Shown here: positions 13,039 through 24,300 of the stretch, piece after piece
Layout: the number at the start of each line of letters is the position of its first letter
Numbering within the stretch: the first letter of the stretch is position 1
NCBI GenBank assembly: GCA_030704615.1
Contig: CM060733.1
Coordinates: 2,666,001-2,730,000, forward strand
Direction of reading: 5' to 3'
DNA: 64,000 nt
Source of the DNA: Takakia lepidozioides
Taxonomy: Eukaryota > Plantae > Bryophyta
The notes under the pieces: generated by a model
Told to the model about the DNA's origin: nothing
The model's database searches: none
What the model saw: only the letters and a program-made list of their open reading frames with translations
Program-made: the position numbers and the translations under genes

Positions 13039-14005
13039 GAAGGCATATGCCTTCTGGACTTGTTTGGCGGGATCAGCACTGGATTGGCTGCAGTGCTACA
13101 GGCAGGTGTACGAGTTCGACGTTACCTGTATGTGGAGAGGGATGAGACTGCACGACGCGTCTCACTGCGCCATGTTGCTCAGTTGGTACAGCAGTACCTG
13201 ATTTGTTGCCAGTGTCTGCAGTTCGTGGATACCAACAAGCCTTGCCAGCAGACATTTCGTTGCTGGGGCGCAGGATTTGGAGCGGGTTGGCTCCATTGAT
13301 CTGGTAGTGGCAGGTTGGCCCTGCCAAGGGCATTCATCAGCCGGGCATGGCAATGGATTGCGAGACTCGAGGACGGGTCTGTTTTGGGAGATGGTGCGGG
13401 TTTTGCGCCACTTGCAGCTTCATCAAGCTGTATCTCCAGCATACATCTTGGAGAATGTGCCACTGATGGGTGATTCTCGGGCCAGGGTGATGGCCAGTGT
13501 GCATCAAGCCGGTCGTGGCTTGGGTCAGCAGTGTTGCTGGATGCAGCTGCAGTGGGTCACGGGCTCATCGTCCACGGCTATGGTGGACTAACTTGATGCC
13601 ACCCGCACTGCTCAAGCGTGCATTTGATGGGGTGCAGCGGCCAGCACACCTCACAGTGGATAGCATTTTGGACACAGGGAGGCAGTCTCAACGTGTGAGA
13701 CACGATGACCGTTCGCCTTTGGCAGTGGTCAACAGGGTGGGTCAACCACGAGCACATTACCTACACTGCTCAGCTTCCCAGGATCCCATGCTTTTCGGGA
13801 TGGTGGACCTGGCCTCTTGTGGGATAGCCAGTTGCAACAATTAGTGGAGCCCAATGCTGACGAGCGCGAGCGGGCTATGGGTTTTTCCACTGGTACCACG
13901 GCGGTGCCATCTCTTTCTGAGGCATCACGTCGTCAGGTGTTGGGGCAAGCAATGGATCTCAATTGCTTGACCTGGATTATCAGCTTGGCTATGGCTGAGC
14001 AGTAG
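13039..14005 (+). pseudogene. DNMT3-like C5-cytosine DNA methyltransferase domain within pol (frameshifted)
   Basis: Motif I LLDLFGGISTG, II YVERD, IV IDLVVAGWPCQGHS, VI YILENV, VIII AHRPRLWWTN, IX ERERAMGF, X RRQVLGQAMD, all in canonical order. Confidence 0.93.
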
Positions 14006-14339
14006 AGTACGGAGTACACTTCCCTTGATGGTCTCTCTGCCTACCGAGACGGTACAGGCAGCGAGTGGGGGCGAGCCGGTGAGGACCACGGGTGCAGGCC
14101 GCATCCATGGCACACGTGGGAGGTGCTCGAGGTTCAGAGGAGTTGGCAGCCAAGGCAGCTGTGATGGATGAGGTTGGGGATTCTTCTCGGGTTGAGGAGG
14201 TCCTCAAGATGAGATGATGGGGCAGGATGAGGCCTTGTCATTGACTGAGCAGGAGGGAGTACTGCTCAAGAGGTTGCAGCATAGCAACCACGGGACGCGT
14301 CCTCTACCTCTAAGCCCACTGGACTTAAGGTTGCAGTTA

Positions 14340-15720
14340 CGGAGGACAATTGGGAGCCTGACATTGGACCCATTGTCACCGGAGGAGAGAGACGACGTAT
14401 ACGGCGGTTCCTGAGGGCTTACAGGAATTGCTTTGCCTTCAGTTTGAAGGACTTGGAGCACTGAAGGGTCAAGAGATTCGCATTGAATTGGCTACTGACA
14501 CGCCAATCTTTTGGAGACCCTATAGATACAGTGACATGGAGAGGTCCTTGATTCAGATGAGAACTCAGGACCTTTGGGAGGCTGGTTTGGTGGAGCTATC
14601 TGGGGGAGAGTATGCTTCAGCCACAGTGATGCCAGCCAAGAAGGATGTCTATGGCAATTGGACGGAGAGACGTATGTGCGGTGGTCCCAAGTCAGACCAA
14701 GTCCGATAGGTATGCCATGCCACACCAGAGGAGATCTTTGATGCCATTGGGCATGCCAAGGTCTTTAGCACGTTGGATTTACGATCCGGATATCACCAGT
14801 TGCCGAATCAAGGAGGCGGATAAGCAAAAGACGGCATTCTGGGGGATCAATGAGCATGGGAAGGATTGCCTATACCAGTGGCGGTTCTTACCATTTGGGC
14901 TTAAGAACGCTCCTGAGTTTCGGTGCTACATAGATGACATCATCATCTCTTAGTGCTACGGTGGAGGAGCATGAGAGACACCTTCAGGGGGTATTTGAGC
15001 GCTTGAGGACGCACGGATTGAAGTTACATCCGGGCAAGTGCAAGTTTTTCCACAACCAGATTGAGTATCTGGGTCACATGATATATCCTGGAGGATTGGG
15101 GGTACAGCAGACTAAGGTAGAGTCCATTGCACAGGTTCCACGCCCCACGGATGTGAGCCGAGTTCGAGCTTTCATGGGGTTAGCAAACTATTACAGACGG
15201 TTTGTTAAGGGATTTAGTGCCATTGCAAAGGCTCTAACCAAGCTGACCAAGGTGGACCAGGAGTGGCAGTGGGAAGATGAGCAAGAACAAGCTTTTCAAG
15301 AGCTCAAGGCGAGGTTGACCTCGGCGCCCATCTTGAGACGACCTATCAGGGGGCGTCCTTTTCAGCTGCATACAGATTGGAGCATGCTGGGGCTTGGAGC
15401 GGTGCTCACACAGGTGGATGATGAGGGAAGAGAGTTCGTAGTGGCTTATGCTAGCCGCTCGAACAATGTGCAGAGTCTAAGTATAGCTCATGAGGAGAAT
15501 GCTTAGCTGCAGTGTGGGCCGTGGCACACTTCAGGTGCTATCTATACGGCAATCTCTTCACCCTTGTCACGGATCACCAACCACTCAAGTGGTTGATGGA
15601 GTCAGACAAGCTTACGGGGAAGCTTGCACGGTGGGCACTCATCCTTCAAGAGTATGACTTTCAGGTGGTGCATCGACCGGGTTTGGTCAATCGCAATGCA
15701 GATGGGTTGAGTCGCAATCC
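14340..15720 (+). pseudogene. Reverse transcriptase + RNase H (frameshifts, small deletion before YIDD)
   Basis: RPYRYS, LPFGLKNAP, CYIDDII, KCKF..YLGH, FMGLANYYRRF, LHTDWS, TDHQPL, ADGLSR. Confidence 0.93.
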
Positions 15721-16089
15721 ATGCACGAGCCAGCAGGATGACACTGGAGCTCGGTGGCATGGTGAGACGGACGAGGAGATGGTGCCCGGATGGCATGCAT
15801 CTGCATTTCTGTGTATCTTGGCAGCGGAAGGCCAGGTTGGACCTGCAACAGGGATGACTGTAGATCAAGTGTCTGAGGACCCTGAGGCCAGCAATGAGCA
15901 AGGTGGCGCCAAAGATATACATGAGGATTCAGTGTGTTGGACTACCTCCGCACTGGAGACACGCAGCCACTGTGACTGCCAAGGAGAGGGATCGGATCCT
16001 ACAACGAGCCAAGGGTTCAAGTGGGAGGGGACACACCTGCTCCGAGTGTGGAGGATGGTCGAGTGAGGATTGTGCCTCACCCAACACAG

Positions 16090-17190
16090 CGGGCACGGTT
16101 AGTGCGGCATGCCCATGAGGAGTTGGGGCATTTTGGGGTGCGACGCACTCAGTCTACTGCAGGGGCAGTATTGGTGGCGTGGTATGCACACAGAGGTGCA
16201 ACAATTTGTGGCTAGGTGCATGGTGTGTGACAGGGTGCGTGCTTCATTCAACGCCCCCTACTCCACAATTGCACCCTCTTCCGATCATGGGATTGGGCTA
16301 CAGGTGGAGTCTTGACTTCGCAGGGCCGTTGCCACTGACCATGCGCCACAACAAGTACGTGTTGGTGATGGTGGAGCACTTCTCCAAGTGGATTGAATTG
16401 GTTCCATTGCCTGATAAGGCTAGTGAGGGAGCTGCGTATGCATTCTTGGATTGTGTGCTTAGCCGATTCGGTGCTCCAGCTGAGGTACTCACGGACCAAG
16501 GGAGAGAGTTCTTGGGGGAGTTTCAGGCTTTGTGTGACAAGGCCTTGATAGACCACCGCACCACTTCTCGGGATCATCCTGAGGCCGATGGCTTGGCAGA
16601 GAGAGTTGTTCAGACAGTAAAGAGGGGTTTGCGCAAGTATGGCTTGCAGAAGGGACACCTAGGAGATTGGGACCTTCAGTTACCCTGGTTAGCCATGGGC
16701 TACAGGTTCAGCAAGCAAGCATCACTTGCCTCCTTCTCACCATACTTTCTTCTCTTTGGCCGAGAGCCGGATTTGCCTACATCCATTCGCAGAGAAGCTG
16801 CTACAGTTCTTAACCTTGACGATCCGGACGTGTGGGCACGTGCATGTGAGCAGCGTGCAGAGTTGTTCAAGAGTCATCATGCCCATGGCTTTCGAGAACC
16901 TTGCCATTGCACAACACCGTGATACGTTGAGGTATGCTACCATACGTGGTGGGGGCTATCGTCCTGGGGTTCGGAGATTCAACCCTGGTGACTATGTCTA
17001 TCTGCAGCAGACTGCTCCTACGACCTTGGATGTGACTGCAGGACGTGTTATTTTGAGGGTTCGAGAGGTCTTGCCCTCAGGCGTCTTGGTCTTGGAGGGT
17101 CGGGATGGCATAACTTGGAAGGACCATGTGCGTAATTGTGCGCCATGTCACCTTCCGAATGTCGATGGCAGGATTGACCCAAACCTGGCA
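16090..17190 (+). pseudogene. DDE integrase
   Basis: HEELGH..CMVC zinc finger; WSLDFAGP, VLTDQGREF, DGLAERVVQ. Confidence 0.92.
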
Positions 17191-17210
17191 GTGGTATCTG
17201 CAGTTTGAGG

Positions 17211-17342
17211 TGCATGTTGTGTGGGTCTGCTAAGGGGCAGCCACCATGCTGGTGTGTGATCGATGCTCTAGAGGTTGGCATATGGGATGCTTGACTCCAC
17301 CTCTTGAGATGGTTCCGGATGGATTGGTTATGTCCACATTGC
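17211..17342 (+). pseudogene. PHD finger at the integrase C-terminus
   Basis: Manual translation across frameshifts gives CMLCGS..TMLVCDRCSRGWHMGCLTPPLEMVPDG.WLCPHC (C4-H-C3). Confidence 0.88.
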
Positions 17343-17596
17343 ATTGGATAGTGGGAGTGGATACAACCATGGAAGGCTAACAAGAAACGCAAGGCCCAGC
17401 TACTAGGAGACCTTGAACACACGAGATCTTGGCTCAAGTTCACAGATTGCAAGACGGCGACTAACGATGGGGCTACTCTTGTACCCGGCCTCTTGGTCTA
17501 TAGAGTTTGAGTACAATAGGGACAGTGATAGGACTTAGTACGGCTGTGGCTATTATCTTGTAGCTATCTGGAGGTAGAGGGACCTATCCACCAGCT

Positions 17597-17606
17597 AGGG
17601 GGGCGA
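17597..17606 (+). promoter_or_regulatory. Polypurine tract
   Basis: AGGGGGGCGA, followed by T and then TGTGGCAG (start of B1). Confidence 0.7.
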
Positions 17607-17607
17607 T

Positions 17608-18122
17608 TGTGGCAGACTACTTTATTGTGCATATATGTGTGGTGTGGTTTGGACAGCGATGTAGTTGTGTAGCGATATGTATGCGCACGACAGCTGTCAA
17701 GTTAAATAAGCACAGTGTGAAACTAACTAGAATAAAACTAGTTATTTGTATTTAACACTTGGATTTAGGTCAAGTGTTAAATTAGGTGTCAAGTTTAGTT
17801 TGACACCTGAACCGTCTTATCTTCACGAGAGCGGCAGTCGCGCAGCTCATCTCTCTCGAGTTGAGCCTGCGCGACCGAGCTCCTTCATCGTTTAGAACTG
17901 AGTGTGGGAGTAGGTGGTTGTGGGGTGGAGTCCCCATAGCTTGGGGTGCCCCTGGCTCGACTATTATTGAAAGAGTGATGATGAGATGGATTTCATGTTT
18001 CTTGTGTTAAGAGTGTGTTCTTAGCTTTTCTTATCATTGTGGCAGACTACTTTATTGTGCATATATGTGTGGTGTGGTTTGGACAGCGATGTAGTTGTGT
18101 AGCGATACGTATGCGCACGACA
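17608..18122 (+). repeat. B1 (17608-17692) - GC - A2 (17695-18036) - T - B2 (18038-18122)
   Basis: B1 and B2 are 85-bp near-identical direct repeats. A2 repeats A1. Confidence 0.95.
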
Positions 18123-18495
18123 ATTGCTTTCAAACATTGCGAGTGTGTTGGACATACCTTGCCACATGTACGTGTTGAGTATCAGGTCAATCAAAAATGA
18201 TTCAAAGGGTGAACCCATCGTTCGCTGATCAAATAATTTTTTATTGCTTTCAAACATTGCGAGTGTGTTGCACATACCTTGTCAGAGGTACGTGTCCAGT
18301 ATCAGGCCAATCGAAATTGATTGAAAGGGTGAACCCATCGTTTGATGTTCAAATGATTTTTTATTGCTTCCAATCTTTGCGAGTGTATTGGACATACATT
18401 GTCACATGCTCCTCTCAAGTATGAACTCAATCAAAATTGTTTGAAAGGGTGAACCCATCGTTCACTGTTCAAATGATTTTTGATTGCTTGCAATC
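18123..18495 (+). repeat. Continuation of the ~120-bp satellite (~3 units)
   Basis: Same unit as 4620-6108, resuming in register after the TSD. Confidence 0.93.
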
Positions 18496-19539
18496 TATCG
18501 CGGCCCTTTGCCTTGAGGGCAGGGGGTCGGGATACAAGAAGGGCTGCCCCTGTGGTGGGGGCAGTGCAACAATAGATGTGGGGGTTGAAGCACCCTTGAG
18601 TGCTCAAGGCACTCAAGGAGGTGGAAGCGCTCACTAAGAGGACCCCCGCACACTGGGTTGCAGTGGGGAAAGTTCCACGAGGGGTGGTGGTAGCTTAGTG
18701 GGTCTTAGTGGGGGTGGCATAGGACTCACCATGGGGCAACTAGAAGCATTCGTGTCATTTACCACTGGGGTAACGACTCATTTTGAGTCGTAAAAGTAAA
18801 AAAACTGGGATCGACTGGAAGTTACAACAGACCAGTTACAACAGACGTGGTAGTTGGGTTGGACATCCAATGATTGGAGTGGTAAAGGACACAGACGCGC
18901 GAACAACTGCTCAGTGATTAATGCAATTAATGCTGAAGAACCACGTGGCGTAACCAGGCGGGCCGCCCGTGTGTCTGACCTTTTGGGCTGACTTTGATTT
19001 TTCCCTCCGGATGAGTGGACGACTCACTGAAGCGCGGTTGGACGCGGACGGGACGACGATGGGATGCGTGCGCGCCACGACGACGTGGCGGCGCCACGAC
19101 GAGCACCACTGCTGCCACGTGGTAGTACCACATAACTTGCAGTGCTACATGCCCAGTGGCAATTGCGACTGCGGAAGTTGGCGCAACCACTGCTTTACTA
19201 CTTTACATGAAGTGCTCAAATTACTTGAACAATCATTCATAGTGATTCATGCTTTGGAGTTTTGGTGTTTGTAGTGAGTCGACTAGTAATGCCATACAAG
19301 AGAACTAATCATGCATTAGAAATGCACAAACGATGAAAGACATGCCATGAAACAAAATGAAATGAAAATGAATGAAATGAAACAAAATGTTACTTTATTA
19401 CATCTGCGGAAAGCTCAAAGAGCTTATGGGACAAAATGAAAAACACAAAGTAAAAAAGCAGCCCAAAAGCTACTGCTGCTCTGGGGATTGCCTAAGGGTC
19501 AAGGCCTCGTGCAAGTCAAGCAGTTCTGATCCTCATAAT

Positions 19540-20650
19540 GCAAGACTTCAGCGAGTTCCACGGAATAGACCATCTACCCATGGAGGTTTCTTGTAGTTAT
19601 TGATCCACAGGGAATCATAGGTAAATCTTGTGCTTGAAATTTGGCCCTCTAGGATGAATCTGGACCACACTCTATCCCTGCTCCTTCAGCTATCCATGCC
19701 CCTGCACAAATCATGCATTCATCCTTGCCTTGCTGCTAGTAGCTGACAATGACAACCTACATTTGTTCTAGGAAACACCCAACTCAGCTTATCACACTAG
19801 TTTCTATGCTCAATTGCGTCTGCTACTCTCTGAAATGTAGCAGGCATTCACCTTTTTGCCTCGGTTGTCCCATCATTGACTGGGGGCAGAAAAATATTCA
19901 TTCCACAGCTTCTCCTCATGTCTGTTACTTGTTTTTTGATACTTTCCTGTTGTCACACAGCAGTATCATGTAAAAGTCACTCCAAACTAGATTCACTCAA
20001 CCAGTTAACTTGCATAATTCAACATGGAAATTTTGGACCGATTCTAATAAGAGGGAAAAACAGGGTGAAATGTGCTGAAGAAGATGCCTTCATTAACAAT
20101 GTCTGATTTTATCAATTGTGCCGTTGCTGCCAGTTGACCATCTACCCATGCAGGTTTCTTGTAGCTTCATAGTTAATCTGGAGCTTGAAGTCTGGCCCTC
20201 TTGGGTGAATCTGCACCCACACTCTATCCTTGCTCCTTCAACTATCCATGCCTCGCACGAATCATGCATACAACCTTGCCTTGTTGCTAGCAGTTGACGA
20301 TGACAGCCTAGACTTGTTCTAGGAAGCACCCAACTCAACTTATCACACTAGTTCCTACGCTCAATTGCATCTGCTACTCTCTATAATCCAACAAACATTC
20401 ACCTTCTTTGCCTCGATTGTCCCACCATTGACTGGGGTCAGAAAAATATTCATTCCACAACTTCTCCTCGTCTGTGTTACCTGTTTCTGATACTTTCCTG
20501 TTGTCACATTGGCAGAATCATGTCAAAGTCACTCCAAACTATCAAAGCTTCACTCAACCAGCTAACTTGCAGAATTCAGACATGAATAATTAGGGGCGAT
20601 TCTGATAAGAGGGGAAAACAAGGTGAAATTGAAGAAGGTGCCTTCATTAG
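19540..20650. repeat. ~570-bp tandem duplication inside the Pack-CACTA
   Basis: GACCATCTACCCATG at ~19568 and ~20136; AAAAATATTCATTCCACA and ATAAGAGGG blocks also repeat. Confidence 0.8.
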
Positions 20651-20663
20651 CAGTCATTACACT

Positions 20664-20830
20664 CTATCCTTCGCTCAGCCATATTGTTGAACACTCCCTG
20701 TCCACAAGGGTATTGTTCAGAATGACATCTGCCACAATTCCAGCTTTGACGATGCAACCATGGACCTCTTTGCCCTTCCCCAGCAGGCTCGCACATGCAC
20801 TACAAACGCAAACAACTGGTTGTGGCAAAC
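20664..20830 (-). pseudogene. PLS-class PPR fragment
   Basis: VCVCSACASLLGKGKEVHGCIVKAGIVADVILNNTLVD. Confidence 0.8.
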
Positions 20831-23469
20831 TGGAGCAATATGTGTCAGAAGAAACCACTTATACAAATCTACAGCTTACAGGCTGTCTCTATCCTCAAAA
20901 TTGGCAGCACATCACCCGCTGCTATGACATATATTGCCCTAGACACACATTGCCCTAACTGCCATCCCCCAAGATGCTACCCCCACCAGACTTCTCTCTC
21001 ACTTGGGTCCTTGCAAGGCTGACTTCCAGCTTTGACTCTGTGCATGGGCCTATCGGACAACATACACCAGCAAGCCCTCCCCCTATCCTGCATCAAAACT
21101 CATCTCAGTCTTATCAACTGCACAACGTATGATGGGAGTGAGTGCAACATGGGAAAGAGCCACAACACATGATGAGCTGTAGGGAAGAAGCAACATCGTG
21201 CAAGTAAAGCAAACGATGAAGCAGAAAGACGAGGCAACATGGGAGAAGGGAAAATGGGGTCCAAGGGCTGAGAAGGTCAACTGGTCAACAATGAGGAACT
21301 GGCTCTGGAGCACTATGTTGATGATTAAAGGGAGCAGCAAATACATGTGGGGCATCGCAGCAAAGTGCATGCCAACGAGGGTCAGAATAGTGCAAGAAAG
21401 ACTCCACGGATGGTGGGCAGCCAAGGGAGATGCAGTGAGACAAGGCACTCATGGCAAGGGAGCTGCCAAGACAAAACTGTTGATTAGGCTACGGAGAAAA
21501 AAGAAAGCACAAGATCAACTACGAGGAAAAGTAGCAATTCAAGCATGGGAGCTGCTGCTAAAACATGAGGAGGAAGACATACGAGGTGAAGCATCAAGGG
21601 AACCAGTAGGAGATGAGGAAGATGGAGCACACTTTCTTGTCAAAGGTTGGCGGCGAAGAATGCAACCCAGCAATCAGAAAGTGAGGCACCCGAGGCTGGA
21701 CTGCTGCAAAGAGGTACAAAGACAGGAGCTGAGAATGAGATGTTGCCTTTCGTTGAAGTTCCCCACACAAGGGCTGTTTGGCAAGCAAAACCCCAGGCAA
21801 GGATGAGAGGTGAATCTGGGATAAAACCAGCAGCTGGGAGTGAGGAAAGACACAAGGAAGGGCAGCAATACCTTGTCAAATCTGAGGGTGATGGCTGGAG
21901 AAAATTAAACAAGGACTGGAAGTATGGGAGCAGCAATCGCATGAAGAAAAATCTGCCTGAAGTGAAAGGGAGGAAGACAGGCACCTCGCTTATGAAAAGT
22001 GGAAGGGCAGGGTAGAAAACCTGATGCCTGAAATTGATGGGAGCTCGTGGAGACTCTGCCAAGAAGACTCCAATCAGCTGTTGCCAACAATCGGACCAGT
22101 GAAAGATCGCCCTTGGCTGGCGCAACACCACAAAATAAGTGCAGCCCTGATAGCATGGTGAGTGGGGCACCAACAGAGCCAGAAAATGAGGGAGAAGGAG
22201 ACTTCCCTGCCAAGAAAGTCAATGCGGCCTGCAGCATGCAAGGAAAGGGACACCGTAAGTGTTGCCAACAGATGTAAATCAGTGCTCATTCATTCGAAAG
22301 CACCACGGGAGATGAAGGAAAAGACACTGCAGGGACGTTGAAGCATAAAAGAGGAGAGCACTTCACTTGGGAAGAAAGTGAAGCATTGGAGAACGAGGCT
22401 GATGACTGGCAGTCTGAAAAGGAAAGGCGGTTGTGGGAAACCCTGCCAAGACCCAAGACAACCATATAGAGAGAATCAAGCAGGTGGGAACTGCCCTTCA
22501 TTGGGGTGGTGCAAACAAGAGCAAGACCAGAAGCTGAACCACATGAGAAGATAGTGTGTCATCACAGATGGAGACCCTGGAAAATGCTCTGCCCAGGAGA
22601 TGAAGAACATTAGGCAACTAGAAACGTGGGGGGCTGAATATGCTCTGCAGTCAACTTGGCTTGTTGAATGCTTGCATAAGAGATGAGGGGTTGTTGTCAG
22701 TACACGGCATTGAGTTCATCAAATCCTACAACAGCCCACCATCGCTGCCCACTGCTTACAAACTGCCACAAAAACAGTTTCACAGGACTTACAGATGATT
22801 GGTGGAAGGCAAGGCCCCTCGCCATGGGCCAGATTAATTGTATGTTGCAGCCCAGAACAACGACGGGAAGTCATCTAGGGCAGCAAACCCCATCTTGGCA
22901 GCGTCTTTTGTGTGAGAGAAGTCAAGCTGAACCTGCTCATCATATCGAGTGGGATGGACCAGATGTAAAGCTGCCAAGCCAACCACACTCATATTCGCAC
23001 TCAAGCAACATAAGCTGGAGCCATTTTCAGATTATGAGTACCCGTGTTTTAAGAATACTCCTTCTTCAACTTGCGGTGAACGGGCAGAAAAACTTCACAA
23101 TGTGCAGCAGATTAATGGACCAAGATGCGAGCTGAATTGGGTATCCAGTTAGGCAATGCTGGTTTCAAAACCCCGTTCCATCCCTGCGTTTCGAAGATCT
23201 GGCTTGAATGGGCACACTCCGGCAGTGGAAGGCTCACGGAGTAATGAGTTTGGGCTGATATGCATGCTGACATGCCATGCCGGTGCAAAGAACAACGTTC
23301 TGAGTGGCGATTGTGATCTCAAAATCTGCCCCTGCATTCAAGCTGATTTCCTCTCGAGCAGAGCCGCCTTGTGGATGTTCCAGCCAGTGTCCAAAAACAG
23401 CTCAAGTGCAAGACAACAACATCAGCAAGGCATGGTTAGCTAAGCAAGGTCATGGTGGAGAGGCATTTG

Positions 23470-24300
23470 AACTCTCTGAACGTAATGTGGTCGGACTTCA
23501 CCCCCTCCCACATCAACTGCTCATAGGTCTCCAAAACCTGCAATCCCCGCCCCTGTTGTGCATGTCCTGCGATCATCACTTTCCACGACACCACATTTCG
23601 CTCAGCCATATTGTTGAACACTCCCTATCTAGAAGGGTATTCATGTTCAGAATGACATCTACCACAATTCCAGCTTTGACGATGCAACCATGGACCTCTT
23701 TGCCCTTCTCCAACAGGCTCGCACATGCACTACAAACACAAACAAACGTAATGTGCTCGGGCTTCACCCCCTAGACCCACATCATTTGCTCATAGGTCTC
23801 CAAAACCCGCAATCCCCGCCCATGTTGTGCATGTCCTGCGATCATCACGTTCCACCACACCACATTTCGCTCAGCCATATTGTTAAACACTCCTTGTCCA
23901 CAAGGGAATGCTCCCACGTTTGGCATACATGTCGACGAGGTATTGTTACATCTGGTACAGTTCCAGCTTTGACAATGTCACGATGGACCTCTTTGCCTTT
24001 ACCAAGTCTCCAGGGCTGCCAGGTTTGCACATGCATTGCAAACACAAATGAACGTGACCCGGTCAGGCTGCACCTCTTCTCAACATTTGCTCATATGTCT
24101 CCAATGCCCTCATCCCGCACACATGCTGGCCATATCTTGCGAGATTCAGCGTGTTCCTTGAGACAACATCTTGTTCAGCCATGTTATCAAACTCTCCCTT
24201 CGCAACTTCATAGGTCTCCAAAGCCTCCATCCCACGTCCCTGCTGTGCATACCCTGCAAGCATCGCACTCCACGACACTACATCTCGGCAAAAAGGCTGA
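23470..24300 (-). pseudogene. Degenerate PLS-class PPR repeats
   Basis: RDVVSWSAMLAGYAQQGRGMEALETY; FNNMAERNVVSWKVMIAGHAQQG; KPEHITFVCVCSACAS; GKEVH. Confidence 0.88.

Larger units (their letters stand above)
6109..18122 (+). mobile_element. DNMT-encoding Ty3/Gypsy-like retrotransposon, copy 1 (A1-internal-B1-A2-B2 termini)
   Basis: TGTC...GACA ends. The 4-bp TSD ATTG (6105-6108 / 18123-18126) restores a satellite unit. Domain order is gag-PR-DNMT-RT-RH-INT-PHD. Confidence 0.93.

Noticed and set aside
13039-14005. Host DNMT3/DRM gene
   Set aside because: It is intronless, sits within pol at the same position relative to RT in two TE copies, and lacks the DRM motif permutation.
6109-18122. 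DIRS/PAT/Ngaro tyrosine-recombinase element, suggested by the split repeats and methyltransferase
   Set aside because: It encodes an aspartic protease and a DDE integrase, has TG..CA ends with a TSD, and no tyrosine recombinase motif was seen.
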